From Spirochaetota bacterium (GTDB taxonomy: Bacteria; Spirochaetota; UBA4802; UBA5550): DNA of 64,000 bases. This document shows, in pieces, positions 49,377 through 59,086 of the stretch. The notes under the pieces were generated by a model, which saw only the letters and a list, made by a program, of their open reading frames with translations, ran no database searches and was not told the origin of the DNA. The stretch is taken from positions 2,912,001 through 2,976,000 of the forward strand of contig CAXXHB010000003.1 in assembly GCA_963664815.2 (NCBI GenBank), in the 5' to 3' direction. The translations under genes and the position numbers were made by a program. The number at the start of each line of letters is the position of its first letter. The first letter of the stretch is position 1.

Positions 49377-50942
49377 TCAGCAGACTCTGAATTTACCGAT
49401 TTCTTTGTCACCTTCAACAACATGAATAGCACATGACAAACATGGGTCAAATGATCTTACAACCCTTGCTGCCTCAATCGGATTCATATTATCAGCAACA
49501 GGTGTTCCGATGAGAGCCTGTTCAACAGGACCTCTTCCACCCTTATCATCTCTGGGTGAACAGAACCATGTTGTCGGAACGATAGCCTGATAATTTTCAA
49601 TCTTTCTGTCTTTGACAACTATCCAGTGACCAAGAGCTCCACGTGCAGCTTCAATGAGACCCTCACCTTCTCCTGTATCAGGAATAGTGTATGAATTTCT
49701 CGGACTTGCACCCGGCTCAAGATCCTCTATCCAGTTTAACATCTCACCACCGATAATCTTGGACTCAATCGCTCTAGATGCATGTCTTCCAAGAACAGAA
49801 AATGCAGCGGGAACTTCTGAATTAAATATTTTAAGTACTCCATCAAGTTCCTTTTTAACCTGTTTATTCCCTGATTGATAAGCAATCACCATCCTGGCAA
49901 GAGCGCCTACTTCCATAGGTCTGTCATCATATCTTGGCGCTTTAACCCAGGTATATGCACCGTTCTTATTGGGATCAGCGATAGTTTCACCTTTCAGCGG
50001 ATGGAGATTTGAACCTGATTTATATCTCGCATATTTAACCTGCTCCCTGATCTTTGAAGTATCAAGTTTTTCGAGTTTTCCGTCAAATATTCCCTGCTCA
50101 AACATAAAATTTTTACGGTCTTCATCTTTGTCATAAACTCCGTATGACATAAATTTGTCATATTTTCCAAGCTTGAAATAATCGGGGAAAGCTTTTGCAA
50201 CAGCAACAACATGAGGAGTATATGTTTCAGCAACAAACGCATTAACTTCTTTAAGGAGTTTTTTAAACTCTTTTATGTTACTTCTGGTAGGTACTGTTGT
50301 TATACCGCCTGGAACAAGAGCTATCGGATGGGGAGCTCTTCCACCAAAAAGAGCAACCATCTGGTGAGCCTTCTGTCTTATATCAAGAGCTTTCACATAT
50401 CCCGCGATAGCATCAAGATTGGTGGCTGTATCTTTTATATAAAAATCTTTCCCTTCATATCTTGGAAGAAACGGTCCGCCCGCAGTTATCTCGTCTTTTC
50501 TCCCTTTTTTAACTGACAGTTCATTTTTTACCCAGTCTCTTATTCTGACCATTCCGTCATCTGAACCTTTATACTGCAGAACCGCTGTAATATCAACAAA
50601 ATCAAGAGCCGCAAGATGATAAAAATGAAGAATATGTGACTGAAGTGTATTTGCTCCTAAAATCATATTACGTAAAATACGTCCGTTTTTTGTCGGTTTA
50701 ATTTTAAATGCATCATCAAGAGCTCTGCTTGAAGCTTCTCCGTGAGATACCGGACAAACACCGCAGATCCTCATAACTATCTGATTAGCATCTACAGGAT
50801 TTCTTCCCTGGAGTATAGTCTCATACCCGCGGAACATATCTCCACGACATTTAGCGTCAACAACCTTGCCGTTCTGAACATCCATCTCTATCGATAGATG
50901 GCCCTCTATCCTTGTTAGTGGATCTATATATACCTTAGCCAT
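49377..50942 (-). CDS. [NiFe]-hydrogenase large subunit (group 1a-like, Cys form)
   Basis: DPLTRIEGH, L1 RICGVCPVSH, L2 FDPCLSCAIH and a cleavable C-terminal tail. Confidence 0.95.
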   Translation of the reverse strand: MAKVYIDPLTRIEGHLSIEMDVQNGKVVDAKCRGDMFRGYETILQGRNPVDANQIVMRICGVCPVSHGEASSRALDDAFKIKPTKNGRILRNMILGANTLQSHILHFYHLAALDFVDITAVLQYKGSDDGMVRIRDWVKNELSVKKGRKDEITAGGPFLPRYEGKDFYIKDTATNLDAIAGYVKALDIRQKAHQMVALFGGRAPHPIALVPGGITTVPTRSNIKEFKKLLKEVNAFVAETYTPHVVAVAKAFPDYFKLGKYDKFMSYGVYDKDEDRKNFMFEQGIFDGKLEKLDTSKIREQVKYARYKSGSNLHPLKGETIADPNKNGAYTWVKAPRYDDRPMEVGALARMVIAYQSGNKQVKKELDGVLKIFNSEVPAAFSVLGRHASRAIESKIIGGEMLNWIEDLEPGASPRNSYTIPDTGEGEGLIEAARGALGHWIVVKDRKIENYQAIVPTTWFCSPRDDKGGRGPVEQALIGTPVADNMNPIEAARVVRSFDPCLSCAIHVVEGDKEIGKFRVC

Positions 50943-51933
50943 TGATTATACCTCCCTTCACAACTCTGCCCGCAATCCCGGCAACTGTTGTTTTATCATC
51001 ATCTTTTTTTGCATGCAGATTCTGATAAATACCTCTTTTGCCATAATCGGGAAAAACCTTTTCCGTACATCCAATACATCCGGAACCGCATTCCGTACAG
51101 GAATTTGCTCCGTTATTCCATTTTCTCACAGGAATATCACATCCTGAATCCATACCCAGACATCCGAGATTGTAAAGACAACCTTCTGCTTCTCCCCACT
51201 CTTTTGCAAATATTCCACGTTTGTAAAAATTAAGCCTTTCACACTGGTCATGAACTGTTTTGCCATAGAACATTTTAGGTCTGTTATACTCATCAAGAGC
51301 GGGCATTCCTTTAAGCAGTACATGAAGGAGTGTACCAACTATCCAATCCGGATGAGGCGGGCATCCCGGAATATTTAAAACAACTTTATCTTTAAGTATC
51401 TCCTGTGCAGATACGGCACCGGTCTGGTTATCCCCGAATACAGGGCTTTTCCCTGCAGGTATTCCGCCATATGACGAACATGTTCCGACTGAAACAACTG
51501 CCATAGCGTTTTTCCCGAGTTCTTCAATCCATTTTTTTATACTGACAGTTTTACCATCCATTTCACCTTCCGTACAGTAAATGTCATTTTTTGTCGGTAT
51601 TGAGCCTTCAACTATAAGAACAAAATCCTTTCTCTGCTTCTTTATTGCTTCTTCAAGAACCTTTATTGAAACTGATCCGGTTCCTGCCATAATTACTCCC
51701 ATATAATTAATACTGATATGCTCTGTTATTACAGACACTATATCAGGATTAAGCTTATTTAGAAGAGAAACCGAGCAACCCGAACATGACTGGGCTTCAA
51801 TCCAGATAACATTAGTTCTTGCAGAAGCCTGTTCCAGCGCTTTCTTACATCCTTGAATCATAACACCCGGAAAAGCAAGGGCAGCAGTAGTCCCACCCAT
51901 AATTTTCAGGAATTCTCGCCTGTTCAATGCCAT
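50935..51933 (-). CDS. [NiFe]-hydrogenase small subunit with Tat signal
   Basis: NRREFLK, CSGCS, GTCSSYGG, PGCPPHP, HDQC..CLYNLGC and CIGC; start MALNRR with a GGAGG RBS. Confidence 0.95.
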   Translation of the reverse strand: MALNRREFLKIMGGTTAALAFPGVMIQGCKKALEQASARTNVIWIEAQSCSGCSVSLLNKLNPDIVSVITEHISINYMGVIMAGTGSVSIKVLEEAIKKQRKDFVLIVEGSIPTKNDIYCTEGEMDGKTVSIKKWIEELGKNAMAVVSVGTCSSYGGIPAGKSPVFGDNQTGAVSAQEILKDKVVLNIPGCPPHPDWIVGTLLHVLLKGMPALDEYNRPKMFYGKTVHDQCERLNFYKRGIFAKEWGEAEGCLYNLGCLGMDSGCDIPVRKWNNGANSCTECGSGCIGCTEKVFPDYGKRGIYQNLHAKKDDDKTTVAGIAGRVVKGGIING

Positions 51934-51949
51934 AAAATCCTCCATCAAA

Positions 51950-52423
51950 TTATTTAACTGCAGCGTTTAAAATATATTCTACAGCTTTTGGTATTGATTG
52001 TTTTACAGAATCACTTATGCCTATTTCCAATGACTGAATGTCCTCAGGTACGACACCGATAATTTCAATTTCCGGTTTCTCACCTGTCAACGAAAGCATA
52101 TCAATGATTTTTTTAACACCCATTTCATGAAGAGAAAACTTATTATTTGTATCGGTCAGATGTTTTGCCGGAAACCTGTATATACTCCCCGGTTTATCAC
52201 CGACTTTCAGTGCATCAACAATTATAATTTTTTCCCTTCCTGACATCAATGGCAGAAGGTCATACCCCAAAGTTCCGCCATCAGCAACCTCAACATATTT
52301 CGGAAGATCTTTGATAGATGCGGTAATTTCATTAACGATAGAAACACCCAAACCATCATCTTTGTGAAGAATATTTCCGATCCCCAGAATAAGTACCTTT
52401 TTTTTTGTTTTAATGCCTTTCAT
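51950..52423 (-). CDS. hydrogenase maturation endopeptidase
   Basis: LGIGNIL..DDGLG, DGGT, IIVDA and SLHE. Confidence 0.95.
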   Translation of the reverse strand: MKGIKTKKKVLILGIGNILHKDDGLGVSIVNEITASIKDLPKYVEVADGGTLGYDLLPLMSGREKIIIVDALKVGDKPGSIYRFPAKHLTDTNNKFSLHEMGVKKIIDMLSLTGEKPEIEIIGVVPEDIQSLEIGISDSVKQSIPKAVEYILNAAVK

Positions 52424-52438
52424 TAGAGCTAATCCAGA

Positions 52439-52825
52439 TTAGTGGCACTCCTTACATTTCTGAGGCCCCTTACCTTTCGCGATATGACAGTCTACACATA
52501 AACCATGCATGGTATTATAACCAGCCTGCCCGGTATGACATTTACCACATTGCTTGATTCGCGCATCATTCCCTTTCTTATGATGGCAATCAAAACAACC
52601 CAGCCCCTGATCTGCGTGTACCTTGTGCGACATTGTAACCGCACCAACCTGCCCTTTGTAAGGCGATACACCGTCTTTCTGCGTTCCATGGGCGGTAACT
52701 TTTGTTATAACCACTTTATCAGTATCAACACGATTACCCCCCTGAATCCATGGATCGGTTCCACAGGCCAGCATTACAAAAGCGAGCATGCATAACAGTG
52801 CAGGGAAAAGTTTTAAAATTTTCAC
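52439..52825 (-). CDS. tetraheme cytochrome c3-like lipoprotein
   Basis: lipobox MLAC; SHKVH, CFDCHH, CGKCH, H..CVDCH and GPQKCKECH. Confidence 0.9.
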   Translation of the reverse strand: MKILKLFPALLCMLAFVMLACGTDPWIQGGNRVDTDKVVITKVTAHGTQKDGVSPYKGQVGAVTMSHKVHADQGLGCFDCHHKKGNDARIKQCGKCHTGQAGYNTMHGLCVDCHIAKGKGPQKCKECH

Positions 52826-53351
52826 ATCACTTCTCCTTTCTTGGAATTTTACTTCTAAATGACAATTAATTAATAAAATGTACTAAATTATTTTAATATA
52901 ACCGGCATATAACACTTTACTTTTAATTATGGTCATTTCTGGCACATCAAATTTAAACAGTCAAATATATTTTATTTAACTACCTGAAATTGTTTATATT
53001 AAAAGACGTAGTCTGTCCATCAGTTACTATTCATATTATAGATATAATACATTTATTTTTTACATATTTTTTTGCCCATAAAAATTTCTGTAATATTTCT
53101 CTTTTAACAGTATATTCGGGAATTATTTTACTGATATTATACAAATATCAGATAATAAATGTTACACGCATAGTGAATGAATTAAAAAAAAGTGATGATG
53201 CAGCTTCATGGAATAATCATATAATAATATTAGGAATATTTCCTTGATTAAGCCCGGATATCCGGATGGTGGGGTATAGTCAAACTTTATAAATATACAG
53301 AGGTGTTGTAATATAATCTTTGCCGGTATATGAAAAATCTTCAAATAAATC

Positions 53352-53424
53352 TGGGTTGCCCGGGGCTCGAACCCGGAACCTACTGATTAAGAGTCAGTTG
53401 CTCTACCAGCTGAGCTAGCAACCC
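53352..53424 (-). tRNA. tRNA-Lys(CTT)
   Basis: GGGTTGC acceptor stem, anticodon loop CTCTTAA and GTTCGAG T-loop; CCA not encoded. Confidence 0.97.
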
Positions 53425-53431
53425 GTTTATG

Positions 53432-53503
53432 CTGAGGCACAAGGATTCGAACCTTGGAATAACGGAGTCAGAGTCCGTTGCCTTACCGCTTGGCGATGCC
53501 TCA
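53432..53503 (-). tRNA. tRNA-Gln(CTG)
   Basis: TGAGGCA/TGCCTCA acceptor stem (U1-A72), anticodon loop CTCTGAC and GTTCGAA T-loop. Confidence 0.97.
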
Positions 53504-53733
53504 AAAAATAAAGGAACCTTATTCCTTAAAATGAAGAATTTTAAAAGGAAGTAATGTTTAAAAAAGTATAATCTAAACAACCTTTACACAGATAAAAAAC
53601 CCCTGAATAAAAATCAATTAAATTTATTCATTAAACTTATATTTTTCATATTTATACACACTTTAAACAATCCTGAAAATAAAAACTTCAGCCCTAATAC
53701 GGTAAGCATACATTTAAAGCAGTGATATCAATA

Positions 53734-54324
53734 TTATTCCGTCATTTTCAGGGGCGAAATTTCAAGATATGGCGATTCACTATTGCAGTTTTTACATTTA
53801 TCACCATGTTTTCCCGGGTAAGCTTCTCCACATACCGGGCATATTACAGTCGGCCCCATCTTCTTTCGACTCACCTTCTCAGGTTCAACACGAACACGCT
53901 GCATACTGAGCATGGAATATCCAGCCTCTTTTATCTGACTTATGAGAAGATCTATATCCTGCTCCTTCTTTGTTTTTAGTTTAAAAAACCAGCTATAAAC
54001 CTCAGACCATTTTTTAAGCTTCTCCATATCCAGATAAACTCTGACTCCGTTTCCGCTTTTTTTGTCGTACAGTGTCACGGCAAATTTTCCGAAATCAAGA
54101 ACAGTAAGCCACCCATTGCCGAAAGTACACGGAGTTAAAAGCTGGACTGAATCCGGAAGACATACCGGTGTTTCACATATGGCGTCGAAAAACTCCCCTT
54201 CAGGAAGGTTTTTCAGCGCCAGGTCAACAACGAACCCTCCTATAAGAAGTCCGGGAGCAGCAGCGCCATGGAACGATATAATAAGCTCAACATACTCTTC
54301 ATATGAGTAGGTTCCTATATTCAT
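53734..54324 (-). CDS. FmdE-family protein with C-terminal zinc ribbon
   Basis: FHGAAAPG, ET..CLPDSVQLLTPCTFGNG and CPVCGE...CKNC. Confidence 0.88.
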   Translation of the reverse strand: MNIGTYSYEEYVELIISFHGAAAPGLLIGGFVVDLALKNLPEGEFFDAICETPVCLPDSVQLLTPCTFGNGWLTVLDFGKFAVTLYDKKSGNGVRVYLDMEKLKKWSEVYSWFFKLKTKKEQDIDLLISQIKEAGYSMLSMQRVRVEPEKVSRKKMGPTVICPVCGEAYPGKHGDKCKNCNSESPYLEISPLKMTE

Positions 54325-54617
54325 GAACAAAACTCCTTAAATGTTTTTCAATTCTGCAGAAAATCAATCTTGTTGAATTAAAATAAAATTAATCTTATCT
54401 GAATTTATATATTAAAGAATAGTCAAGGTTATTTTATAAATGAACAGCTTGTTATTTCCGGAATTGTATTTGATCCAAATAATATAATAATAAAGATTTT
54501 CCAAACCGGAATTTATATCTATCAAGAAACCTTAAGAGACCATTCTACAGGGTTCAGCACATTATACCTGTAAAAAATCCGGGAAGCAACAAGTCGTATA
54601 AAATGATAATAATTGGA

Positions 54618-54646
54618 TTGACTGCATTTGAAGATTTTATTATTTT
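54618..54646 (+). promoter_or_regulatory. sigma70-like promoter of UPF0182-malQ
   Basis: TTGACT-17 nt-TATTTT. Confidence 0.5.
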
Positions 54647-54742
54647 AATTGATATATCTGACAGAAACATAAATCACATTATCAAAGTCAGATTAATAAA
54701 TCTAAAAGTTATAATTTTTCACTAAATATAAGAGGTTACACA

Positions 54743-57457
54743 ATGAATAAAAGGGCAGTATGGGTTCTCGCAGGTTTTTTCGTGCTATACTTTCTGGCGA
54801 AATATCTTTCCAATTTTTATATAGATTACGAATGGTTCAGGCTTAATAACGGCCTGCAGGTCTTCTGGGTTTTATTTATGACCAAATTCAACGTGCAGGC
54901 TATTTTTGGCGCCTCCTTTATAGGTCTGTTTATGCTGAATTTTCTTCTTATAAGGCTGCTGGGAGGTAAAGGGAGATTCTTCGTGGAGAATTTCCTCGAC
55001 AGAATACAGATCCCGGCAATCGGGTCATCAAGACACCTCCTTCTGATTCTTCTGACCTGTGCAATAGTTTTCATAGGATTCTTAATGGGAGGGACGGCTT
55101 CAGCTTTCTGGAAAGAATACCTTATGTATAAAAATGCCGTACCATTCGACGGATTCGCGGTTGATCCGATATTCGGCAGAAATATAGGATTCTATGTTTT
55201 CTCACTGCCATTCTACCAGTTCCTATACGGTTGGCTGATGAGCACACTGATCATCATAACTATTTTTTCAATAGTAATTCATTTTTTCAACGGTGGAATA
55301 TTTTTCAGAAACGGGCAGATCGATTTTTCATCATTCTGCAGGGCTCACGTTTCCATACTCCTTGCGATGCTGGTAATACTTTACGGTTTCAGCTACCAGA
55401 TTTCCGCCTATGAACTCCTGTTTTCACAGGTTGGGAAATTCTACGGAGCCGGATACGCGGCAGTCAACTCCAAACTTCTGGCATATCGTGCTGCGGAGGT
55501 AATATCTTTTCTTGCCAGTGCACTGCTTCTCTTTAATGTCTTCAAAAGGAGTTTTAAACTCCCGGTAATAGTAATGCTTACGATAATACCGGTTTACTTT
55601 CTGCTCGGCACCATCTACCCCGCTCTACAGCAGAGATTCGTGGTTGTACCAAACGAACTGGATAAGGAAAAACCATTTATCCAGAATAACATCAACTTTA
55701 CAAGACTTGCATACGGAATCGACAAAGTCGAGGAGATACCTTTCGAGAACAAGAGGGAACTCAGCTATAAAGACCTTACAGACAATAAAGCTACTCTTGA
55801 AAGTGTAAGGCTCTGGGACTGGAGGCCACTGAAACAGACATATAAACAACTCCAGGAGCTTAAACAGTATTACTTTTTTAACGATGTCGACATCGATCGT
55901 TACGTTGTTGACGGCAAGAAAATCGCCGTAAACCTCTCCGCCAGAGAACTTTCAATAGAGGGGCTGGGGGGCAACAGCCAGACATGGCAGAACAGGCACC
56001 TGATCTACACCCACGGATATGGCGCTGTCATGAGCAGGGTTGACAGGATCTCGTCTGAAGGACTCCCTGTTTTCATGATACAGGATATACCTCCAAAAAC
56101 CGATACAAATATAAAAATTGACCGGCCGGAGGTTTACTACGGTGAGCATGATAACTCGTATGCCATTACAAATACTTCCATTAAACCGGGTGAGTTTGAT
56201 TATCCTTCAGGCGAGGAGAACAAGTACACAACTTACAGCGGATCAGGAGGGATCAAGCTCAATTCGTTCTTCAAAAGATTTATGGCGTCTGTGGCTTTTG
56301 GAGACATCAACCTTCTTATATCAGGGAACATCAGCAATGAAAGCCGTATTCTTTTTAAAAGAAACATTGTTGAAATTGCACAGACCTACGTGCCGTTCCT
56401 TGAGCTTGATGATGATCCATACCTTGTCATATCCGATGGTAAAATGTACTGGATAATAGATGCATATACCGAATCTGACCAGTTTCCCTACTCAACACCT
56501 ATAAATATTGGCGAAAAAAAAGTTAACTACATAAGAAACTCCGTAAAAATAATTATTGATGCCTACGACGGAAAGATCAGCTGCTACATCTCAGACAATA
56601 CCGATCCTATTATAAAAGCATACGACCGAATCTTCCCAGGTCTTTTTAAAGAATTGAAAGATGTCCCTGAGGGACTCAAGTCACATATCAGATATCCTGA
56701 AACCATTTTCAATATTCAGAGCCAGATGCTTCTCAAATACCACATGACAAATCCCAATGTCTTTTACAATAGTGAAGACGCATGGGCAATACCAACACAG
56801 ATATACGGCGACAAAGAGGAACTCGTTCACAGTTACTACCTTGTGACAACATTACCGAACGAAAAACGGAGTGAATTTATACTTATACTCCCTTTTACTC
56901 CATACAAGAAAAACAATATGCTTTCATTCCTCACCGCGAAGTGCGACATGCCCGATTACGGCAAACTGCAGCTTTACCAGCTGCCGAAAGACAAGCTCAA
57001 TTACGGGCCGATGCAGATTGAAGCAAGAATAAATCAGGATCCGGAGATTTCAAAACAGCTCACATTATGGAGCCAGAAGGGATCAAACGTCATACGGGGG
57101 AATATGCTCGCCATCCCTATCAAAGAATCTATTATTTATATAGAACCCCTGTATCTTAAAGCTGAAACCAGTGAAATGCCTGAGCTGAAAAAAGTTATAG
57201 TCTCTTTTGCGGATAAAATTGTGATGGAAAATGATCTCCCGTCTGCACTTGAAAAACTTTTTTTCGGCGGAGGGTTTACATCAGGCAGGGAAGATAATAA
57301 TACAAAGGGCATGAATCTTAAATCACTGGCAGACCGCGCGTCATTTCACTTTTCCAAAGCCGAGGAATATATGCGTGCCGGCAACTGGAAGGGTTATGGG
57401 GAAGAGCTTGGAAATCTTAAAAGCGTTCTCAATCAGATGAAGAGTCAGGGGAATTAA
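54743..57457 (+). CDS. UPF0182 family membrane protein
   Basis: DYEWF, DPIFGRNIGFYVFSLPF, YYFFNDVDIDRY, HLIYTHGYG, NYIRNSVK and GNMLAIP. Confidence 0.95.
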   Translation: MNKRAVWVLAGFFVLYFLAKYLSNFYIDYEWFRLNNGLQVFWVLFMTKFNVQAIFGASFIGLFMLNFLLIRLLGGKGRFFVENFLDRIQIPAIGSSRHLLLILLTCAIVFIGFLMGGTASAFWKEYLMYKNAVPFDGFAVDPIFGRNIGFYVFSLPFYQFLYGWLMSTLIIITIFSIVIHFFNGGIFFRNGQIDFSSFCRAHVSILLAMLVILYGFSYQISAYELLFSQVGKFYGAGYAAVNSKLLAYRAAEVISFLASALLLFNVFKRSFKLPVIVMLTIIPVYFLLGTIYPALQQRFVVVPNELDKEKPFIQNNINFTRLAYGIDKVEEIPFENKRELSYKDLTDNKATLESVRLWDWRPLKQTYKQLQELKQYYFFNDVDIDRYVVDGKKIAVNLSARELSIEGLGGNSQTWQNRHLIYTHGYGAVMSRVDRISSEGLPVFMIQDIPPKTDTNIKIDRPEVYYGEHDNSYAITNTSIKPGEFDYPSGEENKYTTYSGSGGIKLNSFFKRFMASVAFGDINLLISGNISNESRILFKRNIVEIAQTYVPFLELDDDPYLVISDGKMYWIIDAYTESDQFPYSTPINIGEKKVNYIRNSVKIIIDAYDGKISCYISDNTDPIIKAYDRIFPGLFKELKDVPEGLKSHIRYPETIFNIQSQMLLKYHMTNPNVFYNSEDAWAIPTQIYGDKEELVHSYYLVTTLPNEKRSEFILILPFTPYKKNNMLSFLTAKCDMPDYGKLQLYQLPKDKLNYGPMQIEARINQDPEISKQLTLWSQKGSNVIRGNMLAIPIKESIIYIEPLYLKAETSEMPELKKVIVSFADKIVMENDLPSALEKLFFGGGFTSGREDNNTKGMNLKSLADRASFHFSKAEEYMRAGNWKGYGEELGNLKSVLNQMKSQGN

Positions 57458-58992
57458 TGATACTTGAAAGATCATACGGGGTTCTCCTGCATATAACCAG
57501 CCTCCCGGGAAAATCCGGGACAGGTACAATGGGTGATGAGGCTTACGAATTTATTGATCTTCTCGCAGAGAACGGCGCCTCATACTGGCAGATACTCCCC
57601 ACGGGCCCTGTGTCGGAATCAATGTGTTATTCACCCTACTCGTCACTCTCCGCCTTTGCCGGTAACGAACTCTTTATCAATACAGAGAGACTAGAAGACA
57701 AAGACTGGTTTAAAGATAAAACAGAGTTGCCGGCTTTACCAGAGAATTCATTCGCCGATTTTAAAAAGGCAGGTGAGTCTGTCATAAGTTTTCTTAAAAT
57801 CGCCGGGAAGAATTTCAGCGAGTATGCAAACACCGGCGAAAGGGATGATTTTAACCTTTTCTGCCTTCAAAATGGCGAGATATGGCTTAATGACTATGCT
57901 CTCTACAGAGCTCTCGCCGGGAAATATAAAACATTCAACTGGCTTAAATGGGATAAAGATATTGCATTTAAAAAAATTAACGCATTAACATCGGCCCGCA
58001 GTGAGCTCGAAGATGAAATTAATTTTATAAAATTCACACAGTATATCTTTTTCTCCCAATGGAAGGAGATGAGGGAATATGCAGAAGAAAAAAAAATAAA
58101 GATAATAGGCGATATACCTATATACATGTCTATGGACAGTGCCGACTCATGGATTGCACAGAATATTCTTGAAATTAATCCGGATGATATGGAACCTTTT
58201 TCTGTCGCCGGAGTGCCGCCCGATTATTTCAGCGAAACTGGGCAACTATGGGGTAACCCTGTATACAGATGGCACAATGATGACGGAAAACTTAATGAAG
58301 ACACATACAACTGGTGGTTACGGCGGATGCGCCATTCTCTCATGATGACTGATATTGTGCGGATAGACCATTTCAGGGGATTTGAATCTTTCTGGTCTGT
58401 TAAATATGGAGAAGAGACTGCCGTGGATGGTGAATGGATAGACGGCCCGGGGAAGGTTTTTTTCGATCGTCTGATAAACGATCTTGGTGACATACCTGTC
58501 ATAGCCGAAGACCTTGGAGTCATAACCCCCGCCGTAAAAAAGCTACGCAACGATCTTGGACTTCCCGGCATGAAAATACTCCTTTTCGCCTTTGATCAGA
58601 ACAACAAAAATGAGTATCTTCCGCATAATATAACAGATAAATACTGTGTAGTATACACCGGTACTCATGACAATGACACGGCAAACGGATGGTTTTACGA
58701 TTCTTCAATGTACGAAAACGACCGGGCATATATAATGGAATACCTTTCAATGAAAGAGTGGAGTGATTTCCATCTAAGGATTATACGTGAAGCTATGGCA
58801 ACAATTGCAGATCTTGTAATAATTCCCGTCCAGGATATTCTCGGCTACGACAGTAAATTCAGAATGAATACTCCCGGCACAATCGATAATAACTGGATAT
58901 GGAAACTTACCAGCGGGGCATTGAACAGTGATAACATGGAAAAAATAAAGCGTATGGCTCACCTTTTTTCAAGGATAAGGGAGGAGGAGTAA
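57457..58992 (+). CDS. malQ: 4-alpha-glucanotransferase (GH77)
   Basis: GVLLHITSLP, WQILP, GVPPDYFSETGQLWGNP, RIDHFRG, AEDLG and YTGTHDN. Confidence 0.97.
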   Translation: MILERSYGVLLHITSLPGKSGTGTMGDEAYEFIDLLAENGASYWQILPTGPVSESMCYSPYSSLSAFAGNELFINTERLEDKDWFKDKTELPALPENSFADFKKAGESVISFLKIAGKNFSEYANTGERDDFNLFCLQNGEIWLNDYALYRALAGKYKTFNWLKWDKDIAFKKINALTSARSELEDEINFIKFTQYIFFSQWKEMREYAEEKKIKIIGDIPIYMSMDSADSWIAQNILEINPDDMEPFSVAGVPPDYFSETGQLWGNPVYRWHNDDGKLNEDTYNWWLRRMRHSLMMTDIVRIDHFRGFESFWSVKYGEETAVDGEWIDGPGKVFFDRLINDLGDIPVIAEDLGVITPAVKKLRNDLGLPGMKILLFAFDQNNKNEYLPHNITDKYCVVYTGTHDNDTANGWFYDSSMYENDRAYIMEYLSMKEWSDFHLRIIREAMATIADLVIIPVQDILGYDSKFRMNTPGTIDNNWIWKLTSGALNSDNMEKIKRMAHLFSRIREEE

Positions 58993-58995
58993 CAG

Positions 58996-59040
58996 CCTTC
59001 CACATTTCTCATAGGGAAGGTGCCCGAAGGGCGGATGGGG
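58996..59040 (+). repeat. REP-like element
   Basis: CCTTCC...GGGAAGGTGCCCGAAGGGCGGATGGGG; similar copy at 62250-62296. Confidence 0.65.
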
Positions 59041-59086
59041 AAATAGTGCAATAATAAATTTTTACAAACATACAGGAGAATCAAAA

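Noticed and set aside
49420-49460. Selenocysteine in the hydrogenase L2 motif
   Set aside because: The codons are TGT (Cys) and the ORF is uninterrupted.
53380-53580. 66-aa ORF on the minus strand
   Set aside because: It is a shadow ORF over tRNA-Gln and tRNA-Lys.
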